From assembly GCF_018350175.1 (NCBI RefSeq), contig NC_058368.1:174904001-174968000 (forward strand): 64,000 nucleotides of DNA, in the 5' to 3' direction. Below, piece by piece: positions 36,311 to 48,670 of this stretch; within the stretch, counting starts at the first letter, position 1, and each line of letters starts with the position of its first letter. The notes under the pieces are model-generated. The model was not told the DNA's origin. It saw nothing but the letters and a program-made list of their open reading frames with translations, and searched no databases. The stretch is from Felis catus. Lineage: Eukaryota. The position numbers and the translations under genes are program-made.

Positions 36311-36523
36311 AATTTTTTTTAACGTTTATTTATTTTTGAGACAGAGAGAGACAGAGCATGAACAGGGGAGGGGCAGAGAGAGAGGGAGACACAGAATCCG
36401 AAACAGGCTCCAGGCTCTGAGCTGTCAGCACAGAGCCCGACGCGAGGCTCGAACTCACGGACCGTGAGATCATGACCTGAGCCGAAGTCAGATGCTTAAC
36501 CGACCGAGCCACCCAGGCGCCCC
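36311..36523 (-). mobile_element. Can-SINE
   Basis: TSD tactttttatatt. Confidence 0.95.
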
Positions 36524-36529
36524 TACTTT

Positions 36530-36724
36530 TTATATTTTTAAAGGCTATTTATTTTGTTTGAGGGAGTGGGGAGGGGCAGAGACAGAGAGCATCAGAATCC
36601 CAAGCGGCCTCCGTGCTGCCAGTGTAGAGCCTGCCGTGGGGCTCGAACCCACGAGCCATGAGATTGTGACCTGAGCTGAGGTCAAGAGTCAGATGCTTAA
36701 CCGACTGAGCCACCCAGGTGCCCC
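36530..36724 (-). mobile_element. Can-SINE (older)
   Basis: head ends at 36724. Confidence 0.9.
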
Positions 36725-36933
36725 GAGACCCAAGTCTAACCTGGCCTCAACTTTGTTCTCATGCCCACCTCCCCAGATAGGCATTATTGGTTTTAGGGAA
36801 AACTTGGAAAGAATCCTAACGATTCAAAGTCAAGAATTGGTTAAATAAGCGAAAGGTATCTTTATAACATGGAACCCTTTATGGTCAGCACACACGATAT
36901 CTACATGTGTGTTGGATTACAGAGGACAATTTC

Positions 36934-37167
36934 TTTTTTTTTATTTAAAAAAAAAATTTTTTTTCAACGTTTATTTATTTTTGGGACAGAGAGAGACAGA
37001 GCATGAACGGGGGAGGGGCAGAGAGAGAGGGAGACACAGAATCGGAAACAGGCTCCAGGCTCCGAGCCATCAGCCCAGAGCCCGACGCGGGGCTCGAACT
37101 CCCGGACCGCGAGATCGTGACCTGGCTGAAGTCGGACGCTTAACCGACTGCGCCACCCAGGCGCCCC
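36934..37167 (-). mobile_element. Can-SINE, young subfamily
   Basis: TSD acagaggacaatttct. Confidence 0.96.
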
Positions 37168-37802
37168 ACAGAGGACAATTTCTGAGGGAAACTGCAGGCT
37201 ACCCAATGGTCCACTATTTAGAGACATCTAGAAAAAGCCTGGAATTGAACTTGCCGGTGTCATTGTTGGGTTGCAGAATTGGAAGGGTTTCTCTCTCTTT
37301 CTCCCTCTTGTAGTTTAACCTGTACTTTTCGTTTTTTTTCTCTAAAACATATATGATTATATATTTAACACAAGGAAAGTAAAAAATAGAGAGAACCTTC
37401 CCCCTGGGGATGTCTAGACACGGTCATTTTTATGGTGGTCTAAGGGCTCCACGTGGTGGCCCACGTCCTCCATCTGGTGAAGGTCAGCGTGGCCTTTTGG
37501 GTCGTCCCCAAAGAAGACACCCCTTTGCCCGTTCTCATGGTTGCTAAGTCATTTGGGTCCCCTCGAAGCAGCAGTTCACAATCTCCCAACTGCACTTAGT
37601 CTAAGAAGGCAATCTCAGACCACCTGCTGTTCACGTCATATGAGACGTCATACGTCGAAAACCATGAGGGGAGGCGAACGTTAGCCAGAGTCTGCGTCCC
37701 CCCTCTGGACGTTCTGGGGTCTCTGCTTGGGCCCAGGGAGGCCACTGGAAACTTGAGAGCTAAGCAGAGCTCAGCTAAGCCCACTGAAAAACTGTGTCTT
37801 CT

Positions 37803-38031
37803 TTTTTTTTTTTTTTTGAGATTTTTTTTTTTCACATTTATTTTTGAGACAGAGAGAGGCAGAGCATGAACGGGGGAGGGGCAGAGAGAGAGGGAGACGC
37901 AGAATCCGAAACAGGCTCCAGGCTCCCAGCCGTCAGCACAGAGCCCGACGCGGGGCTCGAACCCACAAACCGCCAGATCGTGACCTGAGCCGAAGTCGGA
38001 TGCTTAACCGACCGAGCCACCCGGGTGCCCC
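37803..38031 (-). mobile_element. Can-SINE
   Basis: TSD aaaactgt(g/a)tcttct. Confidence 0.95.
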
Positions 38032-38330
38032 AAAACTGTATCTTCTAAAGCATTCTTTATCATTTCTCCTACCTGTTGGGTCCGGGCATCACACCATTTG
38101 ATGTCAAATTGCGGTTGGCTGTCTGGTTCTCCATTTATCTGTTTAGTACTCAGGGCCATGCCAGGCATAGAATAAACATAGATGTTTTCTAAACGAATAA
38201 ATGAAGGCATTGGGCCTTGGGTGAATCAATATCTTTGTAAATATTCAAGCCACCGTCTTTGTAGAAGATTCAGCAGGGCCTAGCCCCAGGGCCTGCCACA
38301 GAGTGAGCTCTGAAGATAAACACATTTCTA

Positions 38331-38580
38331 GGGGCGCCCGGGTGGCTCAGTCAGTTAAGCATCCGACTCTTGGTTTTGGTTTAGGTCGTGATCTCATGGT
38401 TCGTGAGTTCGAGCCCCGCATCAGGCCGTCTGCTGTTAGCGAAGAGCCTGATTAGGATTCTCTCTCTCCCTCTCTCTCTCTCTGTCCCTCCCCTGCTCGT
38501 GCTCTTTCTCTCTATAAAATATAAATAAACATTCAAAATAAAATAAGTGGTTCAAAATTAAAAAAAATAATAATGAAAAA
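38331..38580 (+). mobile_element. Can-SINE (older)
   Basis: full length. Confidence 0.92.
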
Positions 38581-38909
38581 ATTTCTTGAAGAATTGAACA
38601 AGCAGAAACCGCAGAGACTGAGAATGATGAACCCCCTTCTCTTTCCCTCCCCGATTTTATTTCCTTTCTCCTTTAGGGCTTTTGTACTTGCTGAAGATTC
38701 TACCTGGAACTCACGTCTCCCAGACTCTTTGCTGCTCTAACCTGTCCTCACTTCCCTGTGACTTTTCCAGAACATTCCTCCTGACCCTCTCCGTGGGGGC
38801 AGGCCCCCCTGTTAGCTCTTCTCAGCCCTCCCTGTGTTCCCTCCTCTTCCCCTCACACTTATCACAGGTGTAATTATATAGTTAGATGCGCAATTATCTA
38901 ATGGTATGA

Positions 38910-39140
38910 ATAACTAGCATTTAATGAGCACTTAGTAGGCACCCGGCGCTGTGCAAAATGCTTCCATCCTGAGTTCATTGTTGTTTAGTCCTCATGACAA
39001 TACGACGAAGTACTATGATCGTTGCCATTTTACAGAAGAAGAAACTGAGGCTCACAGTGGTGACCCAATGAGCCTGAAGTTGTGCAACTGGTTAGTAGCA
39101 GAGTCAGGATTAGTCGGCAATCTGCCTGCTGCCCAGAGCC
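38910..39140 (-). mobile_element. MIR
   Basis: ccattttacagaagaagaaactgaggctcac...tagtagcagagtcaggat. Confidence 0.8.
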
Positions 39141-39238
39141 TACACAAGGAGCTTCCACAGCAGAGCCCTCCGACTCTGTGTGTTTCACGGGCGCAAATCC
39201 AGATAGGAAGAAATTGGGAGTTCCTACATGAAAATACA

Positions 39239-39448
39239 GGTGTCCAGGGTGGCTCGTCGGTTGAGCGTCAGACCTCGGCTCGGGTCATGATCTCACAGTC
39301 CGTGGGTTCGAGCCCCGCGCCGGGCTCTGTGCTGACAGCTCGGATCCCGGAGCCTGCTTCGGATTCTGTGTCTCCCTCTCTCCCTGCCCCTTCCCCGCTC
39401 ACGCCGGGTCTCTCTTTCTCTCAATAATAAGTAAATGTTAAAAAAAAT
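39239..39448 (+). mobile_element. Can-SINE
   Basis: diverged head, CT body, tail. Confidence 0.9.
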
Positions 39449-39449
39449 A

Positions 39450-40450
39450 TATTTATTCTTTCTGGGCTCGGTTCCAGGCCGTGCTCAAGGATTTCCCTGT
39501 ATAGCTGGGGAGACAGACCTACAAAGTCCCTTACGGGACCAGGAGATGAATTTAGCAATCTGAATGATACGGTGCTGTGGAAGGCCATAACTCGACCTCG
39601 GTGCTTGGCGGGTTCGGGGAGTGGTGTCAGCCTCCCAGGTGAGGGTGCCTTTGAGTGGAGTCTGGAGGGATGTGATGAGTTTTCCCGCAGAATCGAGGGA
39701 CAGCTCTCTGAGCAGACAGAGTAGCACACGCGAAAGGTCATGGAAATAGACCCAGGAAGCTCTTGGAACTTTAAGCAGTCTGGGATGATGGCCGAGGCCA
39801 GGAAAAGGGGGGAGACGGACGCTGAGGCCGGAGAAGGGGCAGCGTCACTGATGAAGGACCTGCTGTGCTGGAGCTGTCGTGAGGGGGGGCTCACAAGCCT
39901 CCGGGCTCTCTTCTTTCTCCCGGGCGCGTCGTAGGATTGTTCTTCCCTGCCTCCTTTGACACGGCACGGTCATGAGACTCTCTCTGATGAAGTGTGAGCG
40001 AAAGCGGCACCTGCCGGAGTCAAAGTTTTGAGTCCGTGCCCCCCTCGCTGCGTTCGCTTCTCCTGGCCTCGGCGTCACGCGGGCACAGGCAGAGGTGGGG
40101 CTATTGTCCGCCCGGGTCCCCGGGTGACGCTGATGAGAAGAGCCCCCCGGAAACCTAACCTGCCCTGAGGCAGCCAGTATGTACCTGGGGGTGTGGGAGC
40201 GGGGGCACTGGGTGGATCTGTAAAAAGAAGAGAGGCTGGCGCGGGCCTGAGAGTTGACAAGATCCTCGGGTATCTAAGCCGAGATGGAGGCAAGAGACGA
40301 GGGATGAAGGGAGAGGGACACCGGGGATATCTGAGGGATAGAATCACCAGGACTTGGTACCTTGATGAGGGCGGGGAAGCCACTTGCCAAGTCGGGGTCC
40401 ACAGAGGGGACAGCCTGTTCTAAGGGGGAGGTGACAAGGTCAGCTTCAGG
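39450..40450 (-). mobile_element. long, GC-rich L2 fragment
   Basis: ggggagacagac...cagcctcccaggtgagggtgcctttgag...ggatatctgagggatagaatcaccaggacttgg. Confidence 0.6.
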
Positions 40451-40511
40451 CAGTGGGTGGAAGGTCGTCCAGGTGCCTCCCGAGGCCCCTTGCAGCTCTG
40501 CATTTCTACTG

Positions 40512-40584
40512 CCCTGTTCCCTTGGAGCCTAAAGACCAGCTCTCCTCCTATGGGTTGGCCTTCTCTTCCGTGGAAGAAAGACCA
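40512..40584 (+). repeat. direct repeat copy 1 (pairs with 42694-42767)
   Basis: 67 of 74 aligned positions identical. Confidence 0.9.
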
Positions 40585-40674
40585 CGATCCTTGATTGCGG
40601 GTTAGAATCTGGGGGCACCAGGGGCTGGATACCAGGACCCTGCCTTCCGGGAGCTCTTGACAGAAAATTGTCTG

Positions 40675-41128
40675 CCAGATGATTGTTCGGCAGCTACACG
40701 TTGCAGGCAACTCAATATCACAGTATCTGAAACCAGAGAGAGGTTTATTTCTCCTGTATAAGGGACGTCTGGAGGCAGACAGACAGTCCAGGATGGTTGG
40801 GCAACTTCCTGATCATCAGGGACTCAGGCTTCTATGTTCTTGCTTCTTTGCCAGCTTCATCATGTGACTCCCATCTCATGGTACAGGATGGCTGCCAGAG
40901 CTACTGCTATCGCATCTGCATTCCAGCCAGCAGTAAAGAAAAAAAAAGATAGAGCGAGAGGGAAGAGCACTTGGCTTTTTGTGCCGTAAGCCACGACTTG
41001 GTCAGGCTGATCTTCCAGGGGAGCTGAGAATGGTCTTCGTTTCGTGTGCCCAGCTGTATCCAGAGGTTCTGATACCAAAGAAGAGGGGAAGAACAAATAG
41101 TGTGGGACAAGTAGCAGCATTGGCCCCA
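40675..41128 (-). mobile_element. MLT1J-like solo LTR
   Basis: aggtttatttctc...ggatggctgccagagctactgctatcgcatctgcattccagccagcag...aagaagaggggaagaac. Confidence 0.7.
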
Positions 41129-41721
41129 GATGGGGCCGACTATAGTCTTGCTGGCAGAAGGTGTTTGGGGGACTGAGTGTCCTTTGTGACCCCAGGCCCC
41201 TTAGTCTGAATCACAGAACAAGAGGACCAAGTACAATGCCTGTACCCCAGCAGATTTAGCAAACAAAAGCGACCCCACCCCACGGAGGGGTAGAGGGGAG
41301 TGGGTGACCTTCAGGCAGCTCTGATTCCAGAAGCCCGTCTCAGTGGAGGGCCAGTGGGAGACAACACGCTCAAGAAGCCTGACTGAAGACGCACACACAG
41401 GCGCCCACGTAGGCGCCCCCCTTCTCCCTGCCATCCCGACAAGTCAGCGCGTGCGACTTGGGAGTCAGATGGACCGGCTTGCACCTGTAGTGCCACCGAC
41501 TTGCCGTGTGACTTAGTCAAGTCACTTCAACCATCCCGGAGGCTCTGTTTCCCCATCCATAGAACAGAGCCTGGTTGTATTCGTTAGATGAGAAAACATA
41601 TAAAAAGCGGCTCGCACAACTCGCCTGGGCTGCGGGGCACAGAATTATTGCTTCTCTTCTTTCACATTGGCGTAGCTAAAACATACTAATCTGTGGGGTT
41701 TTCGGGGTAGATAAAGTTTTC

Positions 41722-41942
41722 TTTTTTTAATTTTTTTTTAACATTTATTTATTTTTGAGACAGAGAGAGACAGAGCATGAACGGGGGAGGGGTAGAGAGA
41801 GAGGGAGACACAGAATCGGAAACAGGCTGCAGGCTCTGAACGGTCAGCACAGAGCCCGGCGCGGGGCTCGAACTCACGGACCGCGAGATCACGACCAGAG
41901 CCGAAGTATGACGCTCAACCGACTGAACCACCCAGGCGCCCC
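41722..41942 (-). mobile_element. Can-SINE
   Basis: TSD taaagtttt. Confidence 0.95.
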
Positions 41943-42693
41943 TAAAGTTTTGATTGCAGGCTGGCTATTGGAATTGATCACTGATGTGGCCGGGAACCCC
42001 AGAGACACGGGGCCGGTTGGTTTCGTAACATCAACATACGTGTGACGAATGTGGCAATAAGGCTTATTCACTTCAACTGATATTTATTGTCCTGGGCTGG
42101 GCTGTGTCTGAGACCCACCAAGCAGAGGCACCAATCGATGGCTGACTACATTTGGAATTTGAAAAATGATCACAAAGCTATCATTATGTCTGCGAGGAAG
42201 GACGTGTATGTCACTTGCTACTGAAGGAGGAAACTCCGTAAACGTTCTTAGGCCAGGCAAACCCATCGGCCACCTTGTGTTCTTCACTGTCCCTCCCATC
42301 CAGGTTGTAGAGCAGCCTCTTGTATGTAGGAGGGGACAGCTGGAGAGTTGGGAGGTGCCCTGTCACTAAGAGGTCTTGCTTAAGAAAGTTGGTTCATAAA
42401 GTCAAAGGTCTGCATGGTCCAGGCAGAGAGCTTCGTAGTTTATTTGGAGCTAAGTTGTGGACACGTTGACAGCTGGGAGGGATGCCCTCAGGGTGGAGGC
42501 GCTGCCTTGCATTGGCCATCACGGAGCTGGGGAGTCGATTACAGGGAGGCGGGCTGGGTGCTTCCCAGGGGAGGGGCTGGGTGACTGGCACATGTTGGCA
42601 GCTTGTAGAACTACTCAAGGAAGCTTGGTTCTCCCATAAGAGACACCGTTGAGACTCCTAGGTCCTAAGCCCTGGCACCCCAGGTCTTCGGGA

Positions 42694-42767
42694 CCCTGTT
42701 CCCTTGGAGCGTGAGGACCAGCTCCCCTCCTAACGGGTTGGCCTTCTCTTCCGCGGAAGAAAGACCA
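42694..42767 (+). repeat. direct repeat copy 2
   Basis: pairs with 40512-40584. Confidence 0.9.
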
Positions 42768-44001
42768 GTGTGTCGGAAGATGGCCGACTCGGGAAGAAGG
42801 CAACGCTCCCCAAGATCTCCAGAAAGCAGAGCCCGTGCACTCTTCTTGCTTGAGGACGTGGCTCATTCTCTCTGGCCCCATCTCTCAGTGAATGCCCCCC
42901 GATTCACTCCACCGCACGAGATTTATCAAGCCCGGAGTCAGCCTCCACGATTTAGCCTGCTCTCCCCCATCTTCCACTTATCATGGGCCACAAGTGGATT
43001 TACTTCTGTCTGGAGACCTCTTGTCTTCTGTTCTCCTCTCGAGTTCCCAGGGCTCTAGTGTCTGTGCCCTCCCTTCCGCTGGCTGTTCGGGGGCCCTCAC
43101 TGGCCTCCCTGCCTCCAGCATAGCCCTGTCTGACGGACCTACCTTCCACACACGTCGTGCGGGCCTGTCTCTAAAGAAGCTTCTGAACACTGCTAACTCA
43201 TTGCCCTTTTAAGAATTCAACTGTTTTTAAGCCATCTGCTCTTCTCTTTTGGCTCCCATAAATGCACGGACGTAAGGTATGGTAGACAGACGCTTCTTCG
43301 GTCAAAACGTCGAAACATAACGTCTGAAAATAGGGTCAAAGTTGTCCTTTCTCTCCATTCCTTCATCTGCGTCCTTTCTTCTAGGTTGGCTATCATTCAT
43401 TGTTGTGCATGATTACTGATTTTTCCTCTCTGCCTATGTTCTTGGAAATCTAAGTGGGACCATCCCGTGCGTTCTGTCCCGTGGTTCACGGTTTCCCTGG
43501 ACGACACCATCCTCCGGGCATCTCTTCATGTCGGCACACAGGATCTTCTTCGTGCCTTTCGCGAGCTGCCTACGATCCCAGGATTCAGCCAGCACCGCTG
43601 AGGGCATTCAGATGGTTTCTGAACTCTGGCTGTTTAACCAATACCCCTCAAGCACATCCTTCGCACGTGTCCTTGAACACGGCTCCCGGTGTGCGTGTGT
43701 ATTTTGGTTGGGGTGATTCCCGTGAGCGGGATTGCTGAGGCAGAGGGTGAACTGTCTCTGTAAGGTGCACCTGTGGGGGACACTGTTTGCTTCGCGCGCT
43801 CCATGGCTCGGCCTGAGCTCCTTCTCCGGGCCCGGTCCGGCCTCGTTCTCCCCCATGCCTGACCCAGCCAGACTCGCCTCCGTTATCTCAGTTCTTTGAG
43901 CCCTTCCAGGCCACTCTGAAACGCTCCCCTGCGCCTCCCCTGCCTGTCTGGCTCCCACTTATAAATCAAGAGCAGAGTTACATGTCACTGTCTCTGAATT
44001 G

Positions 44002-44005
<4 letters not shown>

Positions 44006-44038
<33 letters not shown>
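44006..44038. repeat. (CA)n microsatellite
   Basis: seen directly. Confidence 0.95.
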
Positions 44039-44041
<3 letters not shown>

Positions 44042-44630
44042 CCTCACTCTAAATGCTCGGAAGGTCTGGGTCTCATTGACGTCTTCATCCCTGGTGCCCA
44101 ACACTGAGCCTGGTGAAGTGAATGCCGAGCAGATGATTGCTGAGTACAGGCATGGGTGGGCGTCCCTAGACAGTTCTTGGGTACCAGAGAGGTGCTTGTC
44201 TTGACCCCGTTTCTCAGGAGGAAGTGGCCAGTGTTGTCCTCTATTCCCACGGTGTGTAGGCTGGTGGACTGAGAAATGCCCCTCCCCCACCCCCACCCCC
44301 AAAGGGCGTCCACATCCCAATCCCCCCCCTGCAGTCTGTGAGCCGTACAGGTTCAGGTGGTGTTTTCACTTCTCATTTTAATAAAATTAGAAGATGCACG
44401 TCATAGGCAGGGCCAGTGCCTAACACAATCACTAAAGACTACGGTGACTTGAGGGTCCGTCTCTCCTCTCCGCAAGGTGAAGTCCATTCTTCCATGATTC
44501 TTGAGACCTTGTTTATCGTCGGAAACACGTTGCTTGCTGGTAAGAGTTGCTCAGGTGCTATCCCGGAACGTACAAGTCATTTACTGTGCCACTGAAACAA
44601 AGGGAACCATGTGTTTAAGAATGGCAATGT

Positions 44631-44882
44631 GGGGCGCCTGGGTGGCGCAGTCGGTTAAGCGTCCGACTTCAGCCAGGTCACGATCTCGCGGTCCGTGAGT
44701 TCGAGCCCCGCGTCGGTCTCTGGGCTGATGGCTCAGAGCCTGGAGCCTGTTTCCGATTCTGTGTCTCCCTCTCTCTCTGCCCCTCCCCTGTGCATGCTGT
44801 GTCTCTCTCTGTCCCAAAAATAAATAAACGTTGAAAAAAAAAATAGCTCACATATTCTAGGATTTAAAAAAAAAAAAAAAAA
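44631..44882 (+). mobile_element. young Can-SINE with 3'-transduced sequence
   Basis: TSD aagaatggcaatgt at 44617-44630 and 44883-44896 encloses SINE, A-run, 22-bp unique sequence and second poly-A. Confidence 0.93.
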
Positions 44883-44949
44883 AAGAATGGCAATGTACCA
44901 CACATTCTCTGAGCGAGGAATACACACAACTAAACCAAAAACTCACACA

Positions 44950-45168
44950 GGGGCACCTGGGAGGCTCAGTCGGTTGAGCGTCCGACCCCGGGCCAGGTCA
45001 TGATCCCGTGTTTCGTGGGTTCGCGCCCCGCATCGGGCTCCGTGCTGACAGCTCAGAGCCTGGAGCCTGCTTCGGATTCTGTGTCTCCCTCTCTCTCTCT
45101 CTCTCTGCCCCTCCCCCACTCTGTCTTTCTGTCTCCCCAAAATAAATGAGCATTAAAAAAATTAAACA
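44950..45168 (+). mobile_element. Can-SINE
   Basis: full length. Confidence 0.93.
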
Positions 45169-45169
45169 A

Positions 45170-45254
45170 GGGGCGCCTGGGTGGCTCAGTCGGTTCAGCG
45201 TCCGACTTCGGCTCAGGTGACGATCTCACGGTCCGTGGGTTCGAGCCCCGGGTC
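45170..45254 (+). mobile_element. Can-SINE 5' part only
   Basis: head stops just after the B-box (ttcgagccccgggtc). Confidence 0.9.
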
Positions 45255-45490
45255 AAAATGGGTGAAGGGGAGAGGAAGATACAGGCTTCCGGTTTTGGAA
45301 TGGATACGTCACGGGGATCAGAGGCACAGCACAGGAATGCAGCCAATGACACTGTGATAGCCTGTGTTGTGACAGATGGTAGCTACACGGGGGGCGAACA
45401 GAGCTTAACTGTAGAGACGTGGGACCTGCCATGTTGCACCCCTGAAACTAATGTGTCACTGTGTCAACTAGATACTCACAAAAATTAAAT
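45255..45490 (+). mobile_element. carnivore L1 / L1MA9-like 3'UTR end
   Basis: atacaggcttcc...gtgacagatggtagctacac...atgttgcacccctgaaactaatgt. Confidence 0.82.
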
Positions 45491-45589
45491 CCAAAGCAAA
45501 CCAAACCCAAAACAACCCGTGGCATGATTTCCTTTCAAGTCGCCGATTCTGCGTTTTTACTGACATCAGAAGTCATGGTCGTGCTTCCA

Positions 45590-45950
45590 ATGCCAAGCTC
45601 TGGTAAAAGGGACTTCGTGGATGTGGTTCTATTTGGACCTTAAGATGAGGAGGTTACCCTGGATTATCGGGGGGGGGCCCTAAAAGGCTGTCACAAATGT
45701 CCTCGTAAGAGGGAGGGTGAGAAGGTGAGGGGACCACGCGGGCAGAGATGGCAGCGATGGGGCCATCAGCCCAGGCAAGCCAGCAGTTCCCAGAAGCTAG
45801 AAGAGAGCCTCGGGGGGAGGCATGGCCTTGGGTCCGCCTCTGGAGAAACTGCTCTCTGACTCCTGGCCTCCGCAACGGCGAGAGGGTAAATTTCTGCTTT
45901 CGGCCACCAGTTTGGGGGTAATTTGTTACAGTGGTCGCAGGAAACTAACG
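45590..45950 (+). mobile_element. MLT1C/D-like LTR
   Basis: ggtaaaagggacttcgtggatgtg...ccctggattatc...ggtaatttgttacagtgg...ggaaactaac. Confidence 0.8.
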
Positions 45951-48289
45951 CACGTAGGAGTGTTTCTAGCGGCGGCGATGGTGTGGAGCAGCTCTTCCTT
46001 CCAATGTTTCCACGCCCTGCCCAAGGAGACGGGTTCGACGAGCGCGAGACCCCCCCCCCCCGCCCCGAGGACGCTGTGGCGAGTGGCGTCGAAGCTGAGA
46101 TTTGTCGGGCTCGCTTAGAAACGTACACAGTAAAAGTTAGAAGGTGGGGTGCCCTCCCGCAGAGGGCACGTTCAGCTGTGGGAACTCTGGCAAGAACTGA
46201 GCTTGCCTGAAGGCCAACCTTCACGGTGGTTCTGTGGTTGTCCATACTCGGCTAGAGACACCGTGTGATTCTCTGACTCTTCTATATTTGGGCTTGTTGG
46301 ACTAGATTGTCTTAATGCCTAAGTTATGTCTTGGCAGTCAACGTGGTAAATTTGGAAGCAGCACTGACTTACTGGCCTCGTTTATACTACTCGTATTATT
46401 ATTTTAACATTCAATGGTCCCACAGTGGTGATTTAAAGAGTTAATGTAGCTTTCGAGAAGTTCTTAACATATTTTTAGCCCTGGAGGAATTTGGCCCAAT
46501 ACAATCACAGAGCTATTACTTTTACGAGTGTGATTTTTCTTTCTTACACAAATATCGCGTCCACAGTAACATCGAAAATGAGCCCCAATCCCACCAAGCA
46601 ACCCGTTTTTGTCCACACTCCTTTCCTGTCTCTGCCCATTTGCAGATAAATTTTTATCAGCTCAATCATAGCTCAGATGCCATTTCGTAAACTTATTTTT
46701 TCCTCTTGATATTCTCGCAAAAGCATTTTCCATGATGCTGCGTTGTGTCCATTAAATAAAAAAAAGATAAAAGGCTGTGCCAAAGGCGGACACGTTATGG
46801 TTTCTCCTCCTGTTCACCAGCCTTAGATGTTATAATCTAACAGTTTGTTTCTATGAGTGTATTTCCTACTAAATAAAAATTCTTGTTGTTTTCTTTAGCC
46901 TGTCTTTGAGTGTTCTCAGAGGTGGAATAGCGTTTCATGTTTGTCTCTCAATTGCACACATGGTATTTTTTCTTTGCTTATTAAAATCTGTGTGTGTGTG
47001 TGTGTATGTGTCTATGCGTGTGTGTAATCAACTTGAATGCATTAAAAAAAATTTTTTTATATCCAAATAAGTATTGCTTTTGTCTAACATACTTACTACA
47101 CTTTTAAAAACCTTTCAAGTCTCCTCTTTTCCTCGTTATTCTAATTACACAATAGTTTAAGGCATAATACTCCTGCTCTGAAGTCGAACAGATAGGGATT
47201 CAAATCCCAACTCACGCTTGATCTTGGGCAAGATACGGAACATTCCTGAGCCTCTGTTTTCTTATCTGTAGAATGGAGACAGCAGTGTCTCCTCTCTGTA
47301 GGGTTGGTTTTCTTTTCCAGTCTGTTCTTTTGATTTCTATGTCAGTTACTTCTCCCCCCAGCCACCCCCCCCCCCACCCCTCGTATAGAAGTTTCACATG
47401 TTTACATAGTTGACTCTGTCTGTCTTTTTTGGTTTTTCTTTAAAGTTCCCAGTGAACTGTCTCTGGTGCGTGTTCTCAGGATCACAAATGATTACGGCCC
47501 TTTGGTGCCCAAATGTGTTCCAGATGGGCAACACTCATGTGGTAGCATCGACGCTGGGGCCAGCCTTTCAGCACGTAGGCTCCTACTGTAATCCAAGCGA
47601 CGGGTGTCTGGACTCGGAAGGTGGAGATTTTCCAGTGCAAAAGGAAACATGGAAGGGGGTTACTCGAACCCTGATGGGATTGCCTACCGATGCCCCCGAA
47701 CGAAAGTTAATATTGTTCCAGCCATGGGCAAGAATGCCAAGAATGCTTTGTAAAGTTTTATCTTTGCAACTCTCCAATTTAATTATTGTCAGGGGGTGAC
47801 CTGCATGCCCGCCTGGGAACTTTCGCCCCGGCCTGTGGGTGAGTGCTACGACCCACTGGGGACGCGGCTCCTGCTCCCCACTTTTCTGCCACTCCCTCCA
47901 CCGTCTGATGACGTGGCGAGCTGACCCGTGGTACCAGATGCATTGGGGTTTGGATTCTGTGTCCACCGCCCTCCAGGGACGGCAAAGTCATGCGTGCCTT
48001 CGGAACCTTAGTTTTCTCATCTGTAAGATAGGAACAGATGGTATCTGCCCCAGTGCTTTGGTTGTGGTGTTTGAATGAGATGATGGAGCTGGTTAAAAGC
48101 GGAGACGAGGGTGAATATCATCTCTCTGCTCGGTTAATTATTTGACCATGACTCTTACTCAAAACCCTTACGTGACTCTCCAGTTTTATAGCTTCAAGAC
48201 CAAACTGTTTAGTTCTTGAGACTTTTCACCATCTGACTCATACTCCCCTTTCCAGTTGCCTTTTCGGCTCTGATGCTTATCAGCAGTGT

Positions 48290-48450
48290 GGTCAGGATCC
48301 AGTTACGTAATCTTTCTGCGTCTCACTTGCCTCCTCTGTAAAATGGAATAATAACCTCTATTTCATAGGGTTGTCATGAGAGTTAAATCAGCCACTACAC
48401 GGAAAGAGCACAAGAAAGTACCTGGCATCTAATTAGTGTGTGCTCAGTAA
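48290..48450 (+). mobile_element. MIR
   Basis: ctgtaaaatggaataataacctctatttcatagggttgtcatgagagttaaat. Confidence 0.78.
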
Positions 48451-48463
48451 AAGTGACCTATTA

Positions 48464-48634
48464 GGGGGCGCCTGGGTGGCTCCGTGTTGGTTAAGAGTCC
48501 GACTTCGGCGCAGGTCATGATCTCGCGGTCCATGAGTTCGAGCCCCGCGTCGGGCTCTGGGCTGACAGCCCAGAGCCTGGAGCCTGTTTCGGATTCTGTG
48601 ACTCCCTCTCTCTCTGCCCCTCCCCTGCTCGTGA

Positions 48635-48670
<36 letters not shown>

